From: Massalongia carnosa
Lineage: Eukaryota
DNA: 64,000 nucleotides
Direction of reading: 5' to 3'
Assembly: GCA_965645245.1 (NCBI GenBank)
Contig: OZ287075.1
Span: 1,426,001-1,490,000 of the forward strand
Positions within the stretch are counted from its first letter, which is position 1. Every line of letters starts with the position of its first letter. This document shows positions 26,123 through 37,131 of this stretch, piece after piece. The translations under genes were made by a program, and so were the position numbers. Below the pieces are notes generated by a model. The model did no database searches, was not told the origin of the DNA, and saw only the letters and a program-made list of their open reading frames with translations.

Positions 26123-26927
26123 ATATTCCTCTCTCACCACCACCACCACCTCATCCTCCTCCTCCCCACTCTCGTCTCCTGACAACCACCACTGCACACC
26201 TCTCCTTCCCCCTCGCCGCCCACCAAGATATCACAGCCCTAGTCCTCTGCTCGGAACAGGGCCTGTAATCCTGCGCCTCAGCCTACCGTTGCTGCAAGGC
26301 GGCCGAATACTGCAACAATGTCGGCTACTGCACCCTCGGCAAAAGGTGTACAGGACCCCCGCAGATCAATGAATACACCATCGCCATAACCAACTCCGGC
26401 AAAGCCGGGGTGGCCACGCGAACGACCTCGGAGGGATTGGCTGGGACGGTGGCGCCCGTTGCGCCTATGCTCGTGGTGCCCTCAGCTCCACCGGCTCCGG
26501 GGGTCGTAACACCGTCGCCGGTGGCGCCTGTGGTATCGACTTCGATTGTGCTTTCTGTGGTTGAGTCTTCGTCATCCACATCGCCCGCGCCGATCGTCGT
26601 ACCAGCACCTTCACCATCAGCGACCTTCTCCGCGCCTCCCCGTATTGTTCCCATTCCCTCCTCTCAAACTTCGGCGCCGGCCAAACCCACTTTCTTGACC
26701 TTCCCTTATCCGGTCGTCCCAACGATCCCGACGGCCCTAGTCGCAACGGCCTTCATCCCTGCGCCCAGAAACGGCGTCGGCAGCACCGGTTCCCCTTCGG
26801 CACAACCTCGGCTAATTTCTCAAGCGTTGCGTTCACAGGCGGGGCGGGGAAGATGGAACGTTCGAGAGGGATGGTGGTGGCAGGGTTGGGGCTGATGGCG
26901 TGGGTGGCTGTGAGAGGGGTGCTTTGA
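26123..26927 (+). pseudogene. Degenerate Cys-rich, Ser/Thr/Pro-rich GPI-anchored surface protein
   Basis: Reads LVLCSEQGL*SCASAYRCCKAAEYCNNVGYCTLGKRCTGP, then an S/T/P/V stalk, then after a frameshift a hydrophobic tail GMVVAGLGLMAWVAVRGVL*. In-frame TAA at 26266-26268; no ATG before the signal-like segment (ATA at 26123). Confidence 0.6.
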
Positions 26928-27831
26928 GGTGTGGTGGAGGGACAGTGGTAAAGGGGGAGTGAATAAGTTAGAGCGAGAACCCAATGGGATCGAGCGGATG
27001 GAAATGGGAGATGGGAGTGTGGATGAGGAAGGGTTTGGATTTGTACCTGGAAATATGAAGTGGGCGTACTTTTATCGGAATATCTTCGAACTGGATAAGA
27101 ATTGGACAGGTAAAATTTTCCCCAGAGCCAGAATAACTCATGAGTGGTTGATTGCAGAGTAGCCGGCAGTAGTAACAGTATCACTGTTGGTCTTTATTTC
27201 TTTAGTGCAAAGACAAGGACGATTGTGATGGATGAGGCGCGGTCTCTGGGTTCAGGCACAGAAGAGGACACGGATGAAGGGTTTCTGTGGGCTTTTATTT
27301 TCTTGTTCGATTGGCTGGCTGGTTGTGGGATTAAGATAGGGATAGGGAGGAAGAGTCGAGGTGTTGGTAAAAATGAAGGGGGGAGGGGTGGATGGGTGTG
27401 GAAAGATGTAAATCTGATTGTATAGAAGGGCATATCCCGAAAATATGGTGAGAATATATTTAAAAAAAATACAGTGGCAGCTGTTCTGATAGCCAGCCTT
27501 GGGGACTGGTCGAGCCTTTGAAAAATCTGTTGCTGGCTTTAGGATGCTGATGTATAGATTTCTATATATTCTTAATGATGAGACATGAATGACGAGAAGT
27601 TTTTCCCACTATCCCCAACGGCTGGGATTTAGCAACTAGGATTTCGAGTTCTGGGGCAGGGAGAGCAGTTGGCTTGAAAGCGGAATAGGTGAGACCATCT
27701 TCACGACGAGTTCGAAATCGAGTGAGAGACGATTGATGTTTAAAATGAGAAACTTTAGGGGGAGGAATGCATTTGCACGGCGTCAGGAGAGGGGGAATTT
27801 TAAGAAACCTTAAAGTTCAATAAAACTATTA

Positions 27832-29133
27832 TGGTAGGTCGTTAGTGTCCGGATAGGCGAGTTTAAACGAATTTCATAGCAGTATGAATTATCTATTGTT
27901 GCTGTTACAAAATCAACGTTTCAGTAAAATGATGCGATTATTTGTTTACATATAACTAATATTTAGTATAACCTCTATTTGCATTCAGGACTGCTTGCAC
28001 TCGACGAGGCATTGACCGCATTAAACTTTCCAAAAACGCCTCCGTTATGTAGTCCCATGCCTCCAATACAGCATCAACAATGGCCTCTTGAATTTTTGGG
28101 GCACTTGCTGACAGAATGCGTAATTCGGGGTGTCTTCTAAAGACTATGTTCTTCAATTTCTTCCATACCATCTCAATGGGTTCAAATCGGGGGACTAGGC
28201 CGGCCAATCCATGACCGTGTGCCCCTTTTCTTTGAACCAGTCCATTGTCTCTCGAATTTTGTGTGTTTTAGCTCCATCTTGCATGAAAACAATGCCCGAA
28301 TCGTCATCGAGCATGGTAGGAAGATGTTCTTTATAAGCATCGAGTATAATCAACCCTGTGTTACCTTTCTTTCCCGTACGATCTGGATCGGGCTCCAACG
28401 AGGTCAAACCACCCCGTCGATTGCCTGCAAAGCAGCCCTAGAACATCTTTGTGACTCTCAATCCATTGTTGACTGGTTCGAAGCATTCTTGATCCCATTT
28501 CTCATTTGTAAGTCGAAAAACCCACACGTTCTCACTCCCATCCTGTTTGCAAACTGACATCTCATCAGACCAACACACTTGAGCCCACTCATCCTCCGAA
28601 ACATCCTCATATTGACGTGCCCAGCCCAGCCAATCAGCAATATGAGCTTCCGTTAACATCGTACGATTAGCTACGCGCCATTTGCGAACGTTTTGATCTC
28701 GAAGACGTCGTTTCATGGTGGTTCGAGAAACATCGGGCATAATGTTAGCTTGCAACTCCCCCAGATGCTGTCGACGACCCTTTGACCCCGATTTAATCGC
28801 TGCTCGTATCAAATGACGATCTTCTCGTGCTGTGGTTATTTTGGGCCGACCAGATCGTACTTCCGATTTGTGGTCGTCGCGTGTTGTAGCCTTCTTCAAA
28901 GTGTCTCCTATGGTGGAACGACCCCATTGCGGAAACTTTTCGTGTATAGTACTAACGGAGGCGCCGGCGAGGCCCATACCGTACGTTTCAGCTCTGATTA
29001 TGACGGGCACTTCTTTGCACGTAGTTCTGGGCTGTTTAGAGCTACGTGGTGGTGGCATGATGGATTGAAAGGTGGTTGTTTACTTTTCAAAACTAAAAAT
29101 ATTCTCGCCTATCCGGACACTTCTGACCCCGCA
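27832..29133 (-). mobile_element. Tc1/mariner superfamily DNA transposon (DD34E), 1302 bp, inactivated
   Basis: About 30-bp imperfect TIRs with perfect core GTGTCCGGATAGGCGAG (27845-27861) / CTCGCCTATCCGGACAC (29104-29120); TA dinucleotides at 27830-27831 and 29134-29135. Confidence 0.93.
27956..29058 (-). pseudogene. Tc1-family transposase pseudogene
   Basis: RSGRP linker, WSDE, MQDGAKTH and WPA*SPDLNP(IE), with 34 residues between the second D and the E. Premature TAG at 28438-28440 and 28195-28197; 1-bp frameshift near 28179. Confidence 0.92.
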
Positions 29134-29990
29134 TAAAAAGCTGCGAGGGTGAAGACTTGTAAACGAGTTTGCTCGTCCATAAAGCTAATAGTCCAACATC
29201 TGGAAGCAAACCCCGGCCCGGGCCAACCAAGAGGGATCTAGGGGTTTGGTATGTGGGTTTCTGCAATGGAGATGAGGCAGCTGCCCAGTTTTAGTGCGCA
29301 CGGAAAGGAGGAAGGGGGAAGTAGAGTCGCCATGGCTGCTGCGAGGCGGATTCACTTTTCATGGAGGAGATAAGCTGAAAGGCTTGGGTTATGGCAAGGG
29401 TCTTGTGTGCAAGAAAGAAGTCAAGTTCGCGAATAAATCAAGTACAGTTTATTGCGGAAGAGAAGAGGGAGTGAAAAGAAGAGACCAGGGGGGTAGGAAT
29501 CGGTTCAAACCCTCTATTGTTAAGCTGGTAGGCTTGGTTAGGTATGTGAGTTGAGTCCACCTGAAAGGCTTCGAAAAAGTGAGGCTTCGGAGGCTCGTAT
29601 GAGTGTAAGTTAAGAAAATGATAGGATTACCGCCCGGCTAACCTTCCAAGACTTAGTGCCGTTCGCAACTGCGCCTCAACCACCGTGCCTACAGTGTACC
29701 TAACCCCCCTTCAACCAATCATAGGAAAGAGAGAGGCTCCTGCATTTCTCATGAAAGCTCACACGCATATCATTTTAGAAACGAAGAACCAAAACACTAC
29801 GATGTTACACAGAAGCGGCTTAGTTCACACTCTGTTCACACTGGGTTGCTCGTCCTACACAATGGATAATTTATATCTATATACTCCCTTAAATCCGGTA
29901 ACGAATAATAAAAAATTCCCTCGAGTCCACCATAAATTCTGAAAGGCTGTCGTTTTTAGCTTTTACTATAAGCATACCAAGAACGCAGCG

Positions 29991-30533
29991 ATGTCTCGTC
30001 TTCATTCTTTTACTGCCGCGAACTCCACTGCTCCTTCCATCACCTCAACCCCGACCCCGGGCACCATCGTTTTCGGCATCTTTGCAACTGTAGCAAGCAT
30101 TACTACCATCTGGCAGGGGCACCGCGCTTGGAAGATGTCCCATCAGGCAAATGTACAGGCTGGTTCTGAGGTTGAAATCGGTAGGCTGCTTGAGGCCCAC
30201 GTTCTCAGCTTTAAAAGCTTACCATCAGACATGCTCCCTGTCAACGTAAACCTCGATGTCGGATCGGCCCTCCCGCAAGAGACCCGGCCAGCGCCTGGCA
30301 GTCCAGCGCAAGCATTAGGAAGGGATGAAATACATATTCCTGAAAATATCGCAAACGCTTCACGAATATCAGTCTCCAGTGAACCTACCACACATGGCCA
30401 TTCGCCTCCGGATAGAAATTTGGAAATTGCACAACTTCCAGAAGATCATCACATGAGAACGCGCGGACATGGAGACACCTATATTCGCGATCAAGGAACA
30501 CAGCAGACACCCCCAAGCAACCAGGAATGCTGA
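29991..30533 (+). CDS. Hypothetical single-TM protein (possible short intron after about 30180)
   Basis: 180-aa ORF with N-terminal hydrophobic helix TIVFGIFATVASITTIW and a disordered tail; TATA-like sequence upstream. No family recognised. Confidence 0.45.
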   Translation: MSRLHSFTAANSTAPSITSTPTPGTIVFGIFATVASITTIWQGHRAWKMSHQANVQAGSEVEIGRLLEAHVLSFKSLPSDMLPVNVNLDVGSALPQETRPAPGSPAQALGRDEIHIPENIANASRISVSSEPTTHGHSPPDRNLEIAQLPEDHHMRTRGHGDTYIRDQGTQQTPPSNQEC

Positions 30534-31179
30534 AGACCTCGGATCATCCAAGAGTCTGGCCACCAACATACTAAAGCCACGTTATGACCTGACAGGTGGA
30601 GGTCTTCGATGGAGAAGCGAGGTTATAGACGTTTGTTGCGTAGAATGAATTTGCTTCTTTTCAATGCTTAGGTGATAGATGATGTGAAGTGTATATATAG
30701 CTAAAGTCCCATGGCATGGTTTTTTTGGAGGCTTTGGACACACCGAGCCGGTAACATTTATTTTCGCGCTCCCTCGGTAATTGGGCCGGAAGATTATGAA
30801 AAGGAGTGCGAAGGTCTTTCGAGATGTATTCTTGGATTTTCTTGACTCTAAAACATCCCGTCGTGCCTCGGAATCCAGCCTTTTTGCCCAGACGTAGAAA
30901 ACACAAAACCTATGATCATTAAGTACACTCATAGGTGAAGAAATAAGGACCACAGGCTATTGGCATACTATAGTAGTATTCATTGCATATTTTTTCAAAT
31001 TTCGTGCCAAATCCGAGTAATACCTAGTTCCTTAAAAACACCGTAACCTGCTCTACTCGTAAAAGAAACTCCAGATACCGAAATGTAACAGAATGGCTCC
31101 ATGTGTCTGCAAGTTAATTAGGTTGTGCATTTCGGCGTAGCTCCTGGTACCGAATCACAACGCTCAGGGAAAGCAGACC

Positions 31180-31505
31180 CAGAAAAGCAACTTGGCTAGA
31201 GCGAAAGATAACAACAGAATCGAAAGGTACGCAGGCCGTGGATAGCCGATAGAGGCAGAAGTTCGAAAGGGGATGATGACCGAACAAGAAGGCCTTTTGC
31301 CACTATTCTCCCCATCATCGCCATTGATTCAGGTTTCAGCACCAAAAGGTCTTTTTCCATCCAACCACTCTAACAACCAGCCGCATAGGTAAATGAAGGT
31401 TTCCCCTCCTCTGCTGTCAGGAGGGGGGGGTTGTTTTCCCAGCTATAGATACAATTTATACTGTTATATTCAGCCTAACTTACACGACGAAAGACTGCGG
31501 AATCA
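31180..31505. repeat. Dispersed repeat copy B (homologous to about 16665-17125)
   Basis: Same conserved blocks as copy A, with internal deletions. Boundaries approximate. Confidence 0.85.
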
Positions 31506-31915
31506 CTTCGCCAACCAGCCACCAGCGGAAGAATATAACTATGCATAGATAGATACATAGGTATTCTTTTCTTCTTCCTTCTCTTTCCGGAACTATTTCA
31601 TCATGGTAGACTTTGACACCACGGAAGCTAACGTTTGATTTTTGCACGTTTGGTGATTGTCGTCAAAAGAGCAGCAGATGGGATTAACTACCCAGGTAGA
31701 ATACCCAGGTAGGGAAGGCAGTTCAGCTACTACCTGGTTGAATAGATACTGTGATTAGGGTAGTAGGAGCAACGTTGAGGGTTATGTAACGTCTCGTCTC
31801 TTGTCGCACGTGATTAACTAAATAATTATGCCAGGCCATCGTTTTTCACTGCTTATGACAAGACTTTTACATAACTATGATCATATAGTCATTAAGACTT
31901 GAATGGATGTTAATT

Positions 31916-32049
31916 GCCCGGATGGCGCAGTGGTAACGGTACAGTTTCTTTCTATTGTCCACCATCAAAAAATTATGTTTGCTGATGTGTAATATATTAG
32001 CGTCTCACTCGTAATGAGAAGATCATCGGTTCGATTCCGATTCTGGGCA
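31916..32049 (+). tRNA. tRNA-Thr(CGU), interrupted by a 62-nt intron at position 24/25
   Basis: Exons 31916-31938 and 32001-32049 join to GCCCGGA TG GCGC AGTGGTA ACGC G TCTCA CT CGT AA TGAGA AGATC ATCGG TTCGATT CCGAT TCTGGGC A (72 nt). Acceptor, anticodon and T stems fully paired; A-box TGGCGCAGTGG and B-box GGTTCGATTCC intact; anticodon at 32010-32012. Confidence 0.93.
31939..32000 (+). other. Spliceosomal-type (GT-AG) intron inside the tRNA D-stem
   Basis: GTACAG donor, pyrimidine tract TTTCTTTCTATTGTCC, branch site GCTGAT (31981-31986), TAG acceptor ending 14 nt later; exact removal restores the cloverleaf. Confidence 0.8.
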
Positions 32050-32075
32050 TTTGGATCCCTGTTTTGGAGTGTATG

Positions 32076-32082
32076 TTTTTTT
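32076..32082 (+). terminator. Probable RNA polymerase III terminator (T7)
   Basis: Run of seven T 27 nt after the tRNA 3' end; a T4 run at 32062-32065 precedes it. Confidence 0.6.
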
Positions 32083-32751
32083 CTTTGGGGAATTGTTTGA
32101 TGGTAACTAGTGCTTGGATTCATATGATTGCTTCTTTTTGCTTGTTTTGTGGATGCCTCACTTTTATCTTCAAACATGCTTCTCGCGTTGCTTGTGGGTA
32201 CATTCGGACCTCTGCCATGTTCGCACGCTTTCCGTTCCTTACAGGTGATGATTAACAGCGGATTTTTGTAGATCACGCTGTGAGGCTTATACAAGTTCTT
32301 GGGATTTACGCTACAGCGCTTTCATTGCGCAATGGCAGTTTTACACCCCATATAATCTTGATTTCGATTAGGGTTATGAGGACGTAGGGTAGTGAAGATC
32401 TCATTTCACGTTTTCTTCCATATAAGTCCCACTGTTCTACTCAGTATTTTTAAGTACCGCTGTTTCTCTTTCTCGAATAGCGCAACGCGCCTCAAAGATG
32501 TTACAGAATGAAGGACCGCAGACTATAAAAGGTATTGGCCGAGTGGAGGAGCGATGTGGTCTTAGTTAGTACACGCCTCATTTTTTTTTTTGATTAAAAC
32601 GCATCTAGAAAGGAGTTTTCTACATCCCACTATACGTTTGTAAAATCACCCTCTTACCCTGTTTAATGTGTGCTTGCTTCCTCCCTCAGCGCAAACTTAA
32701 CATACAGAAATCACCACTCGGAGCGCGCAGATATCCTCGCATTTGGCTACT

Positions 32752-33331
32752 TCAGAGTTTCCACTTCACGCAGCCGGCGCCCATCCCCCCCTCGCTCTGT
32801 ATAATGCAATATGTCAGTGCTGCATGAGCTTTAAAGTATTTGAAGTGGTTTAATCGCAAGATAAATAGGGACTTACCTGCCGCAACAATAAGCATTATCA
32901 AAGCCGTCTTCGGTACATTTGAAGGCGTTCGACTTGTCTGGATGTACATTAGGATTTTCCTATTCACTGTTGGTTCTGGTATTTTGGTACGAGAAGAGCA
33001 ATCAAGTTGAAGAGTCAAAATATAAGGGCCTGTGTGCATAATAGGATCCCGGACAATATGAGACAAACATAAGGTGTATTCCGTCGGATATCCTGCTGGT
33101 GATAGTGGGCCACTGCAGCAGACTCTCTTCAGATCTTCACAATTAGGCTCGAGGGTACATATGCCTCCGTCTTCTATCCGCTCCAGCTGAGCAGGACTCG
33201 CCTTGATCTGCGAGAGTAATATCACTGGAGTCGCTACATAAATCAAACAACTTTTCTGGGGCTGGATTAGGGGCTGCGACGATGACTGCTATGGAGAAAA
33301 CTACAATTAATAGAAGACGAAGGGAACGCAT
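32752..33331 (-). pseudogene. Small secreted cysteine-rich protein, apparently frameshifted
   Basis: Signal peptide MRSLRLLLIVVFSIAVIVA; Cys blocks GGICTLEPNCEDLKRVCCSG, FKCTEDGFDNAYCCG and GAGCVKW; clear intron GTAAGT...CTGAC...ACAG at about 32876-32798. The blocks fall in different frames. Confidence 0.55.
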
Positions 33332-36300
33332 TTTAGGTACGATAGAATACAGTTGAGCTATGTCAAAGACGAGTGATGCAGGTTTTGGTGGTAGAAGAAC
33401 GAACAATATGCTTGGGAGATGGAAAATGAAAGAAACCATATGTACTTAAAGTATACTTTATAACCTACAATGTTTAACGACATAAGCAACCATCGATGAA
33501 TCAGGGAGTGACACACTCCATTGGAATACCTTCAACCTCCTTGAGATACCTCTCGTTCCCGACGCATGAACATGAGTTCTCGACGACATGAGGCTGATCG
33601 CTTTCTTCTAGCCAAGCCCGGAAATTATATTCCCTATGAGGATTCTCCCGGAGAAATCTCGGGGAAGCGGATGAATACTTGTCATATGATACTTGTTGCT
33701 GGTGGGCCATCATCATCGCGGCCATCTATTATCCGTAGGAGAGACCCTTGATCGGTTCATGCAGGGCGGACAGGACCTTGATTCGAATCATGCATGAAAG
33801 CAAAAGGGTTGGAAAGAGAATTGCTGATTGAAAGCTGGATGTCATGAAGGCCGTGGATAATCTCAGTACATTCCCCGTGCGTTTCTCCGAATCTCCGTTT
33901 CTAAGATCAAGTGCTTAAGTCGTCACGGTCGTGCATGACACCCAACCCTGCATGAAGACTACAGGAACACCATTCGGACTTCCACGTTGCCTGCACCCTG
34001 TAAACACCAGACTCGGATTTGGCACCCACTTTCTATATATGTACATGATAGAGACCAAAAAAAAAAAATTTGAACGTGGAGCCTTGAAAGATTGAAAATG
34101 AAAAGGGCTTGTATGGGATAAGATAAATAGAACTATAGCTAGATCCTAAATAGAATTATTTAAGTCTCATGGGAATTCAAGTCCTATGCTGATACGAGAC
34201 AGATGCTTAGGGAATAGTCCTTTCCCATATGTTTCTATATATCAGCTGAGGCGTGTAGACATACGAGGTTTTCACGTCAAGATAACAGAAAAGAAGTATA
34301 TTCAAAAGGATCAAATTAATAACCATGAAAGACATATGAACCATTGCCATAATATATTCGACTCTTCATCAGTTCACTACCTCGCGTACACCGTCTTGGA
34401 GAATTCCTGATTATCCTGACAGGCGGAACAGAGAAGAAGAAACACCACTCTTCGCTAGTCCGCTCTTAAGGCTCTACAACAACTGTTCAGAGCTTGATGG
34501 TCGTGATATCTGTTCTTGAGCTACTTCGCCTTTTCATGTTCCATCGGTCTTCCCAAATGGAATTCCACCACCCATTCAGTTAACCAGCCTAGGACTTAGT
34601 AGACCGGTCATGATTTTAGGCCCGGGGGTTTGCATGGAGAGATTCAAGGATCGCCTTATCCCGTTTGCGGATTTCGGGACAAAACAAGGGTTCTCGACTT
34701 ATCAACCTGCTGCCCCCCTTTCTGGTGTTAACCTCTTTCGTAATTTGTTAGTATATCTAGCCCTTGGTAACTAATCATTCCGCTCCAAGTTTTTATTGCC
34801 ATTATTTGCTTCTTGTTATTCGTCTCCGGGTTTCCTTAAACGCAAACCGTCAAGCAGATCTATCTCTGATCTGCCAAAGCTACAAGTATTCTTTCCTTGA
34901 GCATCAACTGTCCCAAAAAAAACTTTAATGCAAGATTTGCCATTTTCGGTTGAGTTTCCCCAGAAGATGGGAGAGATTATTCTCTCCCGTCTAGAAATAT
35001 TCCTCTCGCCCTATAGTTTTCTATCACAAACGAGTCGATCGGGTGAGAATGAAATTAACTTTCTTCTGTTGAGCAAGCGGCTGGAACTACTTGACCCTCA
35101 TAGATGAGCAACAGATAAATACGTCAAAATCGCACAATGAACGCTGGTATATTGAACGAGAGACATCAGAAAAGAGATTACTATGCATAAACACGAAAAA
35201 TCCTAATATTGACCGGAAGGCTTAGCTCCTCCGTGAATCGTGAGGAGGCGGAGAAGGAGTACCGCGTGACCGGGACGACGATAGCTGCGAGCCACGACTC
35301 GGCCGCTGGATTTGACTCGACTATGGAGAGGTGAGTGGGTGAGGTATAGTCGCGGCGATCGAACTTAATAAGATATAATCAGAGATTTATTATTACTTCC
35401 TGGCTTGAGCGTCGGGCTCTTCTAATACGTCCCGCGGTAGCTAGCAGGACGCGAGGCCTTCTGCCTAGCACCACTTTACGAAGCTTATTTAACCCAGACA
35501 GACTTTTTCGAGCGCCCTTACCCCCGAGGATGCGCGTTTGCATCGAGATCAACACCTGCAGCGGGACGGTCAACAATACGAGGCGCAGATAAATGCAGAA
35601 ACTCTCTTTTAATGCGAGGACGAGACGTGGAGGAAGAGGGGGGAAAGAGGAGGATGGCGAAAAAGGACGGGGAGCGAGAGGGGAAAATAAAAGAGGCGGA
35701 GTGGGGGGAGAGAAGAGAAACGGCAGGGACGACGAACCAGGAGCGAGAGAGGAGAAAGATCTACGTGCGGGAGATGAAGGAGACGGGGATGCGCTTCGTG
35801 CCGTAGGCCGTGGAGAAGAACGACGCATCGGAGCCACCTGTGGGGTGAAAGCGTGAAGAAAGCTAGCCGCCCTGATGAAAGTCATAACGTCGTTCATCGC
35901 CATCCGCCTTCGCGCCGATCTTCGGGCCTCCACTTTTATACTTACCATATCTTCCCCCATTTAACGACGTCCCCCGCCATCCATGTAAGAACCCCCCAAA
36001 AAGGAGACAGAATATTCCGACTTATAACTTTTCTCGACCCCCTTCCCCCAAAAAATGAACGTCCTCCCAATCTACCCGTCCGGAACCAAACCGACCACGA
36101 GCCAAGCCTCGGGGTTCCTTACCCTTCTCTGTTTGTTGGTCGCCAAGTCGCTTCTCCGCTCGCAGACTGCAGCCAGCCTAGCTGGGGGTTGGATCGGTTG
36201 AGATTGGGCATAAAGGAAACGTAAATGATACTTTGCGTAGAGTTTTGGCGTACGATGTTTTTCTTCTGAAGGATTATCGACCATGACTTCAACCTTTCTG

Positions 36301-36903
36301 TACCGAATGGCTGTTTTCCATCCACACTGAGCCAAAGAATTCTAACTCGTCATCCAGGAAGCAACCCCGTTTAGCGTCGCATCCAAAGTGTCTAATTCTC
36401 ATCAATGCAGGTTGGCTCCTCGCCACCGTTATCACATAGGGTCGCTTCCGGTTGCAAATCCTATCTGGATTCCGAATCTGGATTCGATATGGGTTCTGTA
36501 CCGGTAGATTTATTTCGTGTTAACTACTTTCCACACCCGTCTCCAAAACCTCGCTTTGAAGAATCCTGGGCACTTATGCGCCAAACGACTCTGTTTAAAT
36601 TTGTGGGTGGAGATGAGCTTTTAGTAGTGATATGATTACGTGTTATTTATATAGAGCTTTGGGTTGCGTTCGCCTACGTTTTCTTCCTGGTGAACCCCTT
36701 TTATATTTAACTTTGAATAAGTTGAAGTTTGCGCAAAGAACCCGGCAGCCTCACTCCCCACATTTGTCTAGCTCGACCCAGAATAGACTGCCTTCTTTCA
36801 TAGGGCTGGTAGTGGTTATTGCGTTCTGCATATGAAACTTCTCCAGGACCTTTCCAATATAAGTAGGCTGAGATATCTAGCTTGATTATCGTTCCATTCT
36901 AGG

Positions 36904-37131
36904 CCCAAGTAATGACTGATTGGACCCATGTCTACCCAACCATTCTGAATGTGATGTTAAGTAATTTTTTATTTCAGATAGAGTATCATTGAAGATTTCT
37001 TTGGCCCTATGATTTTCAGATCATCCGCGAAGGAGGTGACAATGGGACCTTTTATGCCTGATGGAGAATAGAAAATACTATGATCTGCATTAAGTTTTGA
37101 TACATATGGGTCCAATGAGTCATTATTTGGG
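36904..37131. mobile_element. MITE-like remnant (about 230 bp)
   Basis: 28-bp inverted repeat CCCAAGTAATGACTGATTGGACCCATGT (36904-36931) / ATATGGGTCCAATGAGTCATTATTTGGG (37104-37131), 25/28 matches; non-coding core. Confidence 0.65.

Noticed and set aside
35379..35960. Arg/Ser/Pro-rich ORF whose GGKGARKSL...RIRRARR segment recalls a histone H3 tail
   Set aside because: No histone fold follows; low-complexity purine-skewed DNA gives open frames on both strands.
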